Source: a bacterium (GTDB taxonomy: Bacteria; UBA8248). From it: a DNA stretch of 64,000 bases. Of this stretch, positions 9,118 to 20,228 are shown in pieces. The stretch covers positions 1,984,001 to 2,048,000 of the forward strand of contig OZ253442.1 in NCBI GenBank assembly GCA_965261085.1, read 5' to 3'. The notes below the pieces were generated by a model. It did not search any database and was not told the DNA's origin. It worked only from the letters and a program-made list of their open reading frames with translations. The translations under genes and the position numbers were made by a program. Each line of letters begins with the position of its first letter. Within the stretch, counting starts at the first letter, position 1.

Positions 9118-10341
9118 TTAGTGCTTGTCCGTCAGACAGGCGAGGCCGGGAAGCTCCTTGCCCTCGAGCAGTTCCAGGAAGGCGCCGCCGCCCGTGCTGA
9201 TGTATGAAATGCGGCGCGATTCCCCCGCCGCGTGAACGGCCACGTCCGTATCGCCGCCGCCCACTATCGTCAGCGCGTAGGAATTCGCCACGTGGTTCAC
9301 CATGGCGTAGGTGCCGCGCGAGAAGGCATCCACCTCGAACACGCCCATCGGACCGTTCCAGATGATGGTTTTCGCGTCCTGGAGCACCTCGCCGAACAAA
9401 GTGGTGCTCGCGGGTCCGATGTCGAGCGCGTACCAGTCCTCGGGCACTTCCTGCGCGGGCACCACCTTGGTTTCCGCCGAGGCCTCGAACTTGTCCGCGA
9501 TCACGTAGTCGCTGGGAAGGTAGAACTTCACCTCCAACTCCTGCGCCTTGTTCATGATCGAGCGCGCCGTGTCCACCATGTGCTCCTCGACCAGGCTGTT
9601 TCCCATCTCGTAGCCCAGCGCGCGATGGAAGGTGCCCGCCATGCCGCCTCCGATGATGATCTTGTCCATTTTTGGGAGAATGCGCTCGACGATGCCGATT
9701 TTCGCGCTCGCCTTCGCGCCGCCGAGAATCGCCACCACGGGGCGCATCGGGTTGTTCACCGCGCCGCTTAAGTAGCTCACTTCCTTGATCATCAGAAAAC
9801 CGGCGCCGGCGGGATTCAGGAACTTCGTGATCGCCGACATCGAAGCATGGTGGCGGTGGGCGTTGCCGAACGCATCGCCGATGTAGACATCGGCCAGGGA
9901 GGCGAGCTTTTGGGCGAACTTCTCGTCGTTTTTCTCCTCTCCCGGATGAAAGCGGAGGTTCTCCAGCAGGAGAACCTCGCCGGCTTTCATCTCCTCCACC
10001 ATGCCCCTGGTATCTGCTCCCGTGCAGGTGAGTGCTAAGGGACATTCCTTCTCCAGCAGCCGGGCCAGGCGTTTTGCGACCGGGGCGAGGGAGCTTTTCG
10101 CTTCGAACCTTCCCTTGGGCCGGCCGAGATGGGAGCCGATGACGACCCGCGCTCCCTCATCCAGAAGATAGTTGATGGTGGGCAGGGCGGCTCTGATGCG
10201 GGCGTCGTCGATGATGTGCCCTTGATCGTCGAGCGGCACGTTGAAATCGACGCGCAGGAAAACCCGCTTGCCCGCGACGTCGATATCCTCGACGCCGAGT
10301 TTCGGGTCACCGTTTTCAATGTTGCTCGTGATTGTCCCCAT
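9118..10341 (-). CDS. pgk: Phosphoglycerate kinase
   Basis: RVDFNVP, SHLGRP, LLENLRF, WNGPMG, STGGGA; start taken at MGTITS. Confidence 0.97.
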   Translation of the reverse strand: MGTITSNIENGDPKLGVEDIDVAGKRVFLRVDFNVPLDDQGHIIDDARIRAALPTINYLLDEGARVVIGSHLGRPKGRFEAKSSLAPVAKRLARLLEKECPLALTCTGADTRGMVEEMKAGEVLLLENLRFHPGEEKNDEKFAQKLASLADVYIGDAFGNAHRHHASMSAITKFLNPAGAGFLMIKEVSYLSGAVNNPMRPVVAILGGAKASAKIGIVERILPKMDKIIIGGGMAGTFHRALGYEMGNSLVEEHMVDTARSIMNKAQELEVKFYLPSDYVIADKFEASAETKVVPAQEVPEDWYALDIGPASTTLFGEVLQDAKTIIWNGPMGVFEVDAFSRGTYAMVNHVANSYALTIVGGGDTDVAVHAAGESRRISYISTGGGAFLELLEGKELPGLACLTDKH

Positions 10342-10355
10342 TACACCTAAGCCTC

Positions 10356-11387
<1,032 letters not shown>

Positions 11388-11548
11388 TTAGGGGATATGA
11401 ATAATAGTTTCGTTCTGGCTTTACGGGCGTCCATTGACTCCTGCGGGGTCGAATTCTACCCGATACGATGGGCGGCTCCAAGTGCGCCCGGAGGTTTTTT
11501 CCTCCCTCATGTCCTGTAATGCTCCCTGGAGGCGAGAAAAGCCGAAAA

Positions 11549-13267
11549 TTATTTTTTTCTTTTTTGTTTTCGGGTCGCATCCTCATCGATTTCAAAGCCC
11601 GGCGCTTTTCCCAGAACCACGCCGTAGACCGCCTCCGCCGCCTTAGGGGAGACGAAGCCGCGTAAAACGTCGGCCCGCACGTCCTTAGGCTCGCGCTCCC
11701 TGGGGTCGCCCCATCCGCCGCCGCCGGGGGTGGAGACGCGAATCGCATCGCCGCTCGCAAACGCCGTGGACGCGCCGACCGCGGGCGCCTGCGCGCTCTT
11801 TTTCCCGGAGAGGTGGCGCATTTCATACGGCTTTCCGGGCGATGCGCCTGCGCCGCCTGCGGGGCCCGCCTCAGCACTTCCCGCAGCGCTCGCCGATACG
11901 CCGTCGATGAGCATGCGGTATTCCCGAAAAACGCCCAGGCCGCCGCGCCGCGCGCCCGCGCCGCCCGAGTCCTGCGCCAGCCCCATCGACTCGACCCTCA
12001 CCGGATAACGCGCCTCCATCACCTCGACGGGCATGCCGCCGGTCGCGCCGAGCGGGGGAACGGCGGATGCCCCGTCCCCCTCCATGTGCGCGCCCGCGCC
12101 TGCGCCCAGGGCTTCTCTCAGCAGGTGAAAGCCGCCTTTTTCGTCATGTCCCCAAAAGCTGAGCGTTCTCAGGTTGTCGAAGCCGGTGGGCGTGCGTCCG
12201 CCCGATGCCTCGAAGAGCGCCTCGCCGAACGCCGAGAGCAACTTTCCGAGAGTGAGCGCTCTTAAGCCCGTCGGCGCTGGGAAGCGGGGAGTGAGTATCG
12301 TGCCGGGTTCGGGCAACTGAACCTGGAACGCCCGCAAGGCCCCATCGTTCAAGGGAACTTCGCTCATGCCGTCCTGAAGGTGGAGCAGCATGGGGGCGAG
12401 GAGTCGGGTCAGGAACTGCGCACCATCACCTTCTAATGGACAGTTGATGGGGCCGCGCGCCTGGGGGGCTGCGTCTAGTCCGATATGCAGGGCGTCTGTG
12501 CGCCGCGTGAGCGTGAGCGTGAGTTCATGGGGGCCGTTTACGCCGTCTGATTCGACAGCGGTGCGGGCCGTCCAGCTTTTTTCGGGAAGCTGCGGGATGA
12601 GCTGGCCGCGAAACGCGAGTTCGCATTCTCTGAGCAAATCGGCGAAACAGGCCGAGAGGTTCTCCGCCCCGTATCTTCGCGTCAAATCCTTGAGCCGCGC
12701 AGCACCGATGCGGAGCGCGCCGAGTTGCGCGTCGATGTCATCGCCCAGTAGATGGGCCTGGCGGCTGTTCCTCATGAGCAGGGTTTTGATGTCCTGTACA
12801 ACCTCATCCCCACGGGCTATCCGCACCGGCGGGATGAGGATGCCCTCGTGATAGCTCTCGCGCGAGCCGACGCTCGCCCCGCCGGGCAGCGCGCCGCCCA
12901 GGTCGTCATGGCGTCCCCTGATCTGCAAAAAGGCGATGAGCGCGCCCTCTGCGAACAGGGGGCGGGTAAGGCACAACTCGGAAGCCTCGCCCAGGCCCGA
13001 AGGCGGCATGTAGGGGTCGTTATGGAGAAAAACGTCGCCCTCGGCCATTTCGGGATACGCGCGGATGATGGGCGCGGGGCCGGTGGCCAGCACCCGCCCG
13101 GTGAGCGCGCGCCCGAAGCGGTCGAACAGGCAGACCGAGAAATCGCCCGCGTCGCGCAGCGAGGGGCTGCGCCAGATGCGCGCGAGGAGGTCTTCGACCT
13201 CTTCTTCGACCGCGCGCAGGGCGCCTGCCAGAATTTCACTCACAATCGGGTTCGCGTTCATCTCCAC
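11549..13267 (-). CDS. Hydantoinase B/oxoprolinase family protein
   Basis: HNDPY, EGILIPPVRI, DSGGAGARRGGLG, TPGGGGWGDP. Confidence 0.88.
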   Translation of the reverse strand: MEMNANPIVSEILAGALRAVEEEVEDLLARIWRSPSLRDAGDFSVCLFDRFGRALTGRVLATGPAPIIRAYPEMAEGDVFLHNDPYMPPSGLGEASELCLTRPLFAEGALIAFLQIRGRHDDLGGALPGGASVGSRESYHEGILIPPVRIARGDEVVQDIKTLLMRNSRQAHLLGDDIDAQLGALRIGAARLKDLTRRYGAENLSACFADLLRECELAFRGQLIPQLPEKSWTARTAVESDGVNGPHELTLTLTRRTDALHIGLDAAPQARGPINCPLEGDGAQFLTRLLAPMLLHLQDGMSEVPLNDGALRAFQVQLPEPGTILTPRFPAPTGLRALTLGKLLSAFGEALFEASGGRTPTGFDNLRTLSFWGHDEKGGFHLLREALGAGAGAHMEGDGASAVPPLGATGGMPVEVMEARYPVRVESMGLAQDSGGAGARRGGLGVFREYRMLIDGVSASAAGSAEAGPAGGAGASPGKPYEMRHLSGKKSAQAPAVGASTAFASGDAIRVSTPGGGGWGDPREREPKDVRADVLRGFVSPKAAEAVYGVVLGKAPGFEIDEDATRKQKRKK

Positions 13268-15405
13268 GCCGCTCCCACGCCGTGAGCGCCCGTCGGCCTG
13301 CCTGCGCGCTCGTCGCGCTCGAAGACTTGCGATCGAAAGCGCATCACCAGATTCCCGTACCTGTCCACCCGGGCTTCCTGCCTGGGGAAGATCGCCGTGG
13401 TGCTGCCGAAACTTTCCACGACAGCGGGCCCCGGGATGTAGTTACCCTCCCGAAGCCTCTCCCGGTAGTAGACCGGCGTATCGTGAAATCCGCCCAGCTC
13501 CTTGAACCAGACGAGGCGCGCGCCCTTGTAGGCCTCCTCGGGGTTGTCATTCCCTGCAGGAATCAGGGGCAGGTTGGGCGGCTCCGTCATGCCGACGCCC
13601 GTGACGCGCAGATGCACGATTTCGACCGGACGGCTCCCCTTGTGATTGTAGGTGTAGCGGCGCTGATAGAGCATGTGGAAGCGCTCGAAAACTTCCGCCA
13701 GAACCGGCGGGGTGAGGTAGCCCCCGGGCACGTCGACTTCGATCTCGGTGGCCTCTCCCTGGTAGCGCATCTCTGCGGTGCGCCGCATCATCCGCCGGTG
13801 GGCAGGGATGCCCTCGTTTTCGAGGCCCGCCGCCGCCTGGGCTTCGAGCTTCTCATACGCATCGCCCAGGACTTCCAGGTTGACGTTCTCTTCTGATTGG
13901 TAATGCGCCGCCGCGTGGTCGTTCACGAGGTCGACGACCTCCAGCCCGAAGGCGCTCGTCATGCCCGCGAAGGGCGGCACGATGACGGTGTCGATTTCGA
14001 GCAGTTCGGCTACGAGGCCGGCTGTTAGAGGGCCTGAGCCGCCGAAGGCCATCAGGGCGAAGTTTTTGGGAGAAATGCCCCTTTGCACCGTCGCGCGCCG
14101 CACGGCGTGGGTCTGGTTCCATGCGGCGATTTCCACCACGCCCGAGGCCATCTCGTGGGGGTTCATGTCGAACCCGCGCGCAAGCTCGCGCATGGCCTTC
14201 ATGGCGAGCGCCTTGTTGAGCTTCACCTCACCCCCCGCCAGATGGAGCGGACTGCGGGCGAGAAGCAGGTTCGCGTCGGTGAGGGTGGGATCCTCCCCTC
14301 CCTTTCCGTAGCAGATGGGGCCCGGGTCCGCGCCTGCGCTCCTGGGACCTACGCGCAGCCTCCCCTCGGGGCTTCGCCATGCGATGGAGCCGCCCCCCGT
14401 GCCGATGGTGACGACGTCGATCATCGGCATCCTCAAGAGAAACTCATCGAGTTGGTGCCGGGTGGCGCGCTTGGCCTCGCCGCCCTCGATGACGGCGATG
14501 TCCGTGGAGGTGCCGCCCCCGTCCAGGGTGATGAGCTGTTCGTGTCCGGAGAGTTTTCCCAGGTAGGCGGCGGAAAGGGCGCCTGCGGCGGGACCCGAGA
14601 GCACGGTGCCTATCGGCCGCTTGGCGATTTCACGCGCGGTGGAAACCCCGCCGTTGCTTTTCATGATCATAAAGGGCGCGCCGCCCAGGGTTTCTTCGAT
14701 TTTCTTCGAGGCGCTCTCGATGTACGCCTTGATGCGCGGCTTGATGCACGCATCGAGCAGGGTGGTGATGGCGCGTTCGTACTCGCCGGGTTCGGGGATC
14801 ACCTCGCTCGATATGCTCACGAAACATTCCGGGTATTCGCGCTCGAAGGCCTCTAAAATGATGCGCTCGTGCGCCGGGTTTGCGTAAGCGTGCAGTAGGC
14901 AGACGCCCACGGAGCCGATCCCTTGGGCCTTGAACCATTTGGCGAGCTTTATCGCGTCTCCTTCATTGATGGGTTCGAGAACCTCGCCTGATGCGGAGAT
15001 TCTCTCTTTCGCCTCCCGGATACGCTCGGGGGGGACCAGCGCGTCGCGGGGTTTCTGGAGCAGGGAGGCGGCGTAGTGGGCTTTCGCCTTGCCGTTCGCA
15101 CCCCCGATTTCGAGCAGGTGGCGGAACCCGCCCGTGACGATGAAGCCCATATCCTCGAAACGGCGCTCCAGGATGGCGTTCGTCGCCACAGTCGTGCCGT
15201 GGAACACGCCGTTCACCATGGCGGGGCGAATCTTGGTTTCAGACAGAATTTTCTTGATGCCCTGGATCAAGCCCTCGCTGAAGTCTGCGGGCGTCGTCGG
15301 CGTCTTGGTGGTGAAGACCTCGCCCGTGTCCGAGCGCACGCCGACCACGTCGGTGAACGTGCCGCCCGTATCGATGCCGATGCGAAGTCCGCGTTTGGAA
15401 GTCAT
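13258..15405 (-). CDS. Hydantoinase A/oxoprolinase family protein
   Basis: IDTGGTFTD, HGTTVATNA, SGPAAG, GPRSAGADPGP. Confidence 0.92.
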   Translation of the reverse strand: MTSKRGLRIGIDTGGTFTDVVGVRSDTGEVFTTKTPTTPADFSEGLIQGIKKILSETKIRPAMVNGVFHGTTVATNAILERRFEDMGFIVTGGFRHLLEIGGANGKAKAHYAASLLQKPRDALVPPERIREAKERISASGEVLEPINEGDAIKLAKWFKAQGIGSVGVCLLHAYANPAHERIILEAFEREYPECFVSISSEVIPEPGEYERAITTLLDACIKPRIKAYIESASKKIEETLGGAPFMIMKSNGGVSTAREIAKRPIGTVLSGPAAGALSAAYLGKLSGHEQLITLDGGGTSTDIAVIEGGEAKRATRHQLDEFLLRMPMIDVVTIGTGGGSIAWRSPEGRLRVGPRSAGADPGPICYGKGGEDPTLTDANLLLARSPLHLAGGEVKLNKALAMKAMRELARGFDMNPHEMASGVVEIAAWNQTHAVRRATVQRGISPKNFALMAFGGSGPLTAGLVAELLEIDTVIVPPFAGMTSAFGLEVVDLVNDHAAAHYQSEENVNLEVLGDAYEKLEAQAAAGLENEGIPAHRRMMRRTAEMRYQGEATEIEVDVPGGYLTPPVLAEVFERFHMLYQRRYTYNHKGSRPVEIVHLRVTGVGMTEPPNLPLIPAGNDNPEEAYKGARLVWFKELGGFHDTPVYYRERLREGNYIPGPAVVESFGSTTAIFPRQEARVDRYGNLVMRFRSQVFERDERAGRPTGAHGVGAAWR

Positions 15406-15421
15406 GGTGTTAAGGTCTCAC

Positions 15422-15844
15422 CTAGCGGGTGAACAGGAATGCGGCCAGAGCGGCGCAGAGCAGTCCGCCCATCTTGGCGGGCGTGAACCCCTCGCCCAGA
15501 AAGAGCGCCGCCAGCACCGCCGTGATGCCGGGATACAGCGCCGAAAGCGCCACCACGCCCGCCGTCTGGCCCTCGGCCTTCGACAGCGCCAGCACCAAAA
15601 AGAGCATGGCCAGCAGGGTGGCCAGCGTGGCGACCACGGGCAGCCACATGATGTCCGCGCGCATCGGCGGCAGGGGGAACTGCCTGCTCGCCACGGCGAT
15701 GACGACGACGACCGCGGTGGTCACGCCCATTCCCATCAGGTGGGGCATGGCGCCCAGGCGTTCCTGGCCCAGCTTCATGAAAAATCCCCAGACGCCGAAA
15801 CACAAGACGGCGAGAAGGGTGAGGCTCAAGGCGGTCGTATTCAT
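15422..15844 (-). CDS. EamA/DMT family small transporter
   Basis: Five hydrophobic helices, LYPGITAVLAALFLGE. Confidence 0.8.
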   Translation of the reverse strand: MNTTALSLTLLAVLCFGVWGFFMKLGQERLGAMPHLMGMGVTTAVVVVIAVASRQFPLPPMRADIMWLPVVATLATLLAMLFLVLALSKAEGQTAGVVALSALYPGITAVLAALFLGEGFTPAKMGGLLCAALAAFLFTR

Positions 15845-16099
15845 CGTCAAGTCCCCCAAAAATGTTTTCCGGGCGCGGCGGGCCGTTTGCCCGAGAAGGT
15901 GGTTTTCCGGTCAACTCACCGCAAAGCGGCTTTATACAGCAAGATAGGGACGAGGAAAAGATGAGGATTTCGTGATTTCAAGAAAACCGCCGCGAAAAAA
16001 GCGCAGGCATCGCGATATGGCCCCGGGTTCGCACGGCGGGGCAGGTAGGTGTTTCGCGTTTGCCTCGCGTTTTGGTAGATTCCCGGTGTCGATGGAGCG

Positions 16100-16990
16100 A
16101 TGAATTTTACACCAAGCACTATAGGTGATTCCGTGCAGATAACATCCCATGTGCATTGCCTCTGGCTGGAATTCGAGATCAAGACGCCCACAGGTGAACG
16201 AATCCCCCGGTTCGTGACTTCCTATATCCTTGCGGGCGAGACGCTCACCGTAATCGATACGGGCGTGGCCTCCACTGCATCCGAGATATTCGATTACATC
16301 GAATCCATCGGCCGAAAGCCGGAAGAAATTGCGCACGTCCTGCTCACGCATTCTCATTTCGACCACATCGGCGGCAACGGCCTGATTGCGACGCGGGCGG
16401 GGCCGAAGTTCCTTGGACCCGAAGCGGAGAGGCGGATGATTGAGGATTTGGACTATCAGCACGACGTTCGTCCGGTGGGCAGAATGCGCGATGCGGTATC
16501 GGGCCCCGTGAAGCTCGCCGGTTTTCTCACCGGGGGCGATGAGATATCGCCGGGAGGCGTACCCGTCCGGGTGATTCATACGCCGGGGCATTCTGCGGGG
16601 AGCCTCTCTTTCTTCATGCCCGAGGACGGCGCGCTCATCTGCGGGGACGTGCTGCCCGAACCCGGCACGCTGCCGATTTATGAGAGCGTGGCGGACACAT
16701 TGGCGAGCCTTGAGAAGCTGAAGGCTCTTGAAGGGGTGAACGTCCTGCTCTCCGCCATGAGCCGGGCAGTCTCGCGCGATGAGGCGGTTCCCAACCACAT
16801 CGAGAGCGGGGCGGGTTATTTGAGAGAGATCGACGGGCTGATCCGTGAGGTTTTATCCCAAAAAGGCGGCGACGTTTCACCCCAAGATGCGGCGGAGTTC
16901 GTTTACGAACGCCTGGGTCTCCCGCGCGCCGGCCTGATTCCCATCGTATTGCGCAGCATGAAGGCCCATATTGAGGCGGGGCCGATTTGA
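16100..16990 (+). CDS. MBL-fold metallo-hydrolase
   Basis: THSHFDHIGG, TPGHSAG, ICGD; exact start uncertain. Confidence 0.88.
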   Translation: MNFTPSTIGDSVQITSHVHCLWLEFEIKTPTGERIPRFVTSYILAGETLTVIDTGVASTASEIFDYIESIGRKPEEIAHVLLTHSHFDHIGGNGLIATRAGPKFLGPEAERRMIEDLDYQHDVRPVGRMRDAVSGPVKLAGFLTGGDEISPGGVPVRVIHTPGHSAGSLSFFMPEDGALICGDVLPEPGTLPIYESVADTLASLEKLKALEGVNVLLSAMSRAVSRDEAVPNHIESGAGYLREIDGLIREVLSQKGGDVSPQDAAEFVYERLGLPRAGLIPIVLRSMKAHIEAGPI

Positions 16991-17014
16991 TACGAAGAGA
17001 TTTCTTCCGACCAT

Positions 17015-18325
17015 TTGCGAAACGAGGAGCCGGTTTTGAGCCTGCATCTGTATTCAAAAAGTTTTGAAGCGCCGCTCGGCGATAAGGGAAAAGATGACCT
17101 CTGGCGCGAGAAAAAAGATCTTCTGGACGACCCCGCACAGTGCGCGGAACTGATAGCGGGGTATCAGGCGGGGCCGGGAGAGCCCTGGTTCGCCACCGAG
17201 CGCGCAGACGTTGCGGGCATGGAGGCGAAACTCGGAGCCGCGCAGGGCAAGGAGCACGTCGTCGTGGTCGGAAACGGGGGGTCGATACGAAACGTCTGGG
17301 CGCTCTATCTGGCGCTTTCAGGGCGGGGATTTTCCAGAAAACTGCACCTGCTCGACGGCACGGACATGAGTGGATTGTTTGGAGAACTGCTGCGCGGAGA
17401 CGGCGCGTTTGATCCAGAGAACACGCTCGTCGTTCCGGTGAGCAAATCCGGTAACACCGAAAACGTGATTCAGGAAACAGCCCTTTTGATGGAGCGCGGC
17501 TATCCGGCCCTGGCGATTACCTCCTCGGGCCCGAGCAAGCTGGCCGAGATGGTCGCCGAAGCACGGCTCGACACCTTTCCGCATCCGGACGACGTGGGCG
17601 GGCGTTTCACCGCCGCCCAGAACAACGCGCTCCTGCCCTTGGCCATGCTGCACGGGAATACGGCGCTGGCGGGGGAGATAGATGCCGCCTTCGCCGCCGC
17701 TCACGGAAAACTCGGAGCCGTAGTACCCCTAAGCGAGAACATGGCGAAACACCTGGCGCTCGAACTCTGGCGGGCGGAGAACGCCGGTTACACGGAGGTT
17801 TTCATGCCGATTTACGCCCATGCGCTCTCAGGCTTAGGTGAACTCATCGTGCAACTCGTTCATGAGAGCTACTGCAAGGGCGGGCGCGGGCAGACGATTC
17901 TCTGGGCGGGCGCGCCCGAGAGCCAGCACCATACGAACCAGAGATATTTCGGTGGCCGTGAGAACATCGTGGGCTTATCAATATGCGTCGGGAACTTTCA
18001 GGAGGATGCACGCCTGGCGGGCGGGGTCACCTGCACGGAATTTCTCCAGATGGAGCACGCGGGCGTCGTGGCGGAAGCCGAGAGCAGGGGAACGCCCCAC
18101 ATGGTGCTCACCCTCGATTCGTTGGCCGCCGCCGAGGTTTGCGGTCTCATCGCGCTCTGGCAGTGGGTGGCCGTATACGGCGGTCTGCTGCGCGGGGTGA
18201 ATCCCTTCGATCAGCCTGCGGTGGAGGGAAGCAAGGGGGCCACGCTCGAGATGTTCGAGAGTTTCGGGGACGAAACGAAGCGAAGTCTCGCCCGGTTTGT
18301 TCGGGATGCGGGGTATTCGCTGTAG
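17015..18325 (+). CDS. pgi: Glucose-6-phosphate isomerase (short, divergent type)
   Basis: VVGNGGS, VSKSGNT, VGGRFT, QLVHES, VNPFDQPAVEGSK. Confidence 0.82.
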   Translation: MRNEEPVLSLHLYSKSFEAPLGDKGKDDLWREKKDLLDDPAQCAELIAGYQAGPGEPWFATERADVAGMEAKLGAAQGKEHVVVVGNGGSIRNVWALYLALSGRGFSRKLHLLDGTDMSGLFGELLRGDGAFDPENTLVVPVSKSGNTENVIQETALLMERGYPALAITSSGPSKLAEMVAEARLDTFPHPDDVGGRFTAAQNNALLPLAMLHGNTALAGEIDAAFAAAHGKLGAVVPLSENMAKHLALELWRAENAGYTEVFMPIYAHALSGLGELIVQLVHESYCKGGRGQTILWAGAPESQHHTNQRYFGGRENIVGLSICVGNFQEDARLAGGVTCTEFLQMEHAGVVAEAESRGTPHMVLTLDSLAAAEVCGLIALWQWVAVYGGLLRGVNPFDQPAVEGSKGATLEMFESFGDETKRSLARFVRDAGYSL

Positions 18326-18376
18326 GACCCGAGTTTCAGTATCTGTCATTCCGGCGCATGCGCGGTTTTGTAAATT

Positions 18377-18978
18377 ACTCCCCCTTGAGGGTCAATCCCG
18401 ATTGAAGAATGAGGGATTGTCGCAGAAGCCGAGCCCTTTGGGGGGCTGTTGAAAAAGTTATGATTTCGTGATTCGGCGTATGGAGCCGACTGGGGAGGTA
18501 GGAGACATGACTCCCCCCTTGAGGGGGAGTCGCAGAAGCCGAGCGTTTTTTGCGCGAAGGCTGATGCGGTGAGGGGTATGCTTCTAAAATAAAAGCTCCC
18601 CCCACCGGCGCGGCTTCGGACTCTGTCCTCGCCTTGCCGACTCCCCCTCAAGGGGGGAGTCATTTCATAAGCATATGTCGATTGAGAAATTCATTCCCTG
18701 TTTTTGGGGGACTTTTTCAACAGCCCCCTTTGGGCGAAGGCTGATGCGGTGGGGGGGCAATCGCGACCGAAGAGGGAGCGATTGCTTAGGGATGAAAAAA
18801 ATAACGGGCGGACATAAGGGTCCGCTTTCACAAAAAGCGCAGCCCCTCCTTTCTCAGTCGGTCGGGGAATCCCTCCTTTATCAGTTGGAATTCACCCCCC
18901 ACCGGCTCGTTTGCGGGCTTCGCCCTTACCTCACCGACGGACTTTCCCCTCGGAAAGCCCGACCCTCAAGGGGGGAGT
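18377..18978. repeat. Cluster of REP-like palindromes (CTCCCCCTTGAGGGGGAG family)
   Basis: Repeated units ...GTCGCAGAAGCCGAGC...GCGAAGGCTGATGCGGTG and inverse CCCCCCACCGG...CCCTCAAGGGGGGAGT; perfect 26-bp IR at 18507-18532/18638-18663. Confidence 0.8.
18441..18728. mobile_element. 288-bp MITE with IS1182-like ends
   Basis: Perfect 18-bp TIR GGGGGCTGTTGAAAAAGT/ACTTTTTCAACAGCCCCC; TTTG target duplication; removal restores a REP unit. Confidence 0.85.
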
Positions 18979-19064
18979 GTTCCCACACCTGCATGAGGGG
19001 GAGTGATTTTGAATATCTCAAGGGGTTAATCCCTCAGCCTCGGTTGGAAATATCCCCCTCTCTA

Positions 19065-20033
19065 CTACCTACGCAACAAATTTTCTTGCACCGATTCCGT
19101 CTCCCGCTTCGGGGCCTTGAGCGGCAGGCCGAGCACGCGGGCCGGGTTTTTGTGCAGCATCGTCTCTATCTCGCTGGGTTTGATGCCGTTTTCCAGCATG
19201 AGCTGAACGAACACGCGCAGGCCCTCCCAGGGGGGCGCGTTGTGCAGTTGGCCGAGATCCGTCGATAGAATCGTGCGCGCGGGGCCTACCGCCTTCACCA
19301 TCTTCGCCTGCTCCTTCACGGAGATGGGCGGGGCGCTCTTATCCGTAGGGTATGCGCCCCAGTGGGTGAAGCAGAAGATCGCCAGATGCTCGATGTACGC
19401 CCCCATTTTTGCGAATTCCACCTGCTGTTCAATGGATGCGTCCACGATGTATTCGGGATGCTGCACGATGATGTGCTTCACTCCTTCTTCTTTCGCGAGG
19501 GGGATTAAGGCGCGCACCTCATCCACGCTCAGGTGTCCCGTGCTCAGGCAGATTCCCGCATCGGCGATGAGTTTGCAGATGGTTCTGACTTCCGCGTGTA
19601 TTTTGGCGCGCTTCTCGTCGGAGAAGATGGTGAGGCCCTTCTCTTGGAGCTTCACGCCTTGTACCTGCTTCATGCCCGGAAAATGCGGCGCGCCCAGTTT
19701 TTCCAAGTGGTTCAGCGCGTTGATGGTGGGCATCCACACCATCTTCGCCCCCATCTTGATGGCGGTGTCCACCGCGAAGGGGTTGAAACCGCCCACCGGG
19801 CTGTTGAGCGTAATGCCCCCGTAGATTTCGATGGCGTCGCCCATCACCTCGCGCACGATGGGGATGCGGCCCGACGTATCGCCGTGGTGAAACTTGAACA
19901 CAACGCCGCGCATCCCTGCCGAAGCCGCCCCGCGCGCGCACTCGATGTGGTCGCAGACGCGCGGGAACAGGCTGGGCGATGCGTGGATGTGGGTGTCGAT
20001 TGCGCCGTGCAGCAGCCTCTGGTCTTCTCTCAT
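19065..20033 (-). CDS. Amidohydrolase-fold protein (DUF6282-like)
   Basis: IDTHIH, STGHL, VQHP, STDLGQ TIM-barrel metal motifs. Confidence 0.8.
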   Translation of the reverse strand: MREDQRLLHGAIDTHIHASPSLFPRVCDHIECARGAASAGMRGVVFKFHHGDTSGRIPIVREVMGDAIEIYGGITLNSPVGGFNPFAVDTAIKMGAKMVWMPTINALNHLEKLGAPHFPGMKQVQGVKLQEKGLTIFSDEKRAKIHAEVRTICKLIADAGICLSTGHLSVDEVRALIPLAKEEGVKHIIVQHPEYIVDASIEQQVEFAKMGAYIEHLAIFCFTHWGAYPTDKSAPPISVKEQAKMVKAVGPARTILSTDLGQLHNAPPWEGLRVFVQLMLENGIKPSEIETMLHKNPARVLGLPLKAPKRETESVQENLLRR

Positions 20034-20228
20034 GCTTGTACTCTCCAGTTTTCATGTGGAATAAGACGGCCTCAAGGCTACAGAATCGCCGCCCTTCGGG
20101 CAACGCGAATCCCTCTTTCACCCCACCCGGCGTTGCGGCTATAGTATCGCCGCACCCACCGGAATGAACGAGCGCAGGACGGCGATAAAAATTTTGATGA
20201 AACGATTGTGTGAAAGGAGCAGTGCAGA

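Noticed and set aside
18346-19268. ORFs within the REP/MITE cluster
   Set aside because: Translations of palindromic repeats with no coding signature
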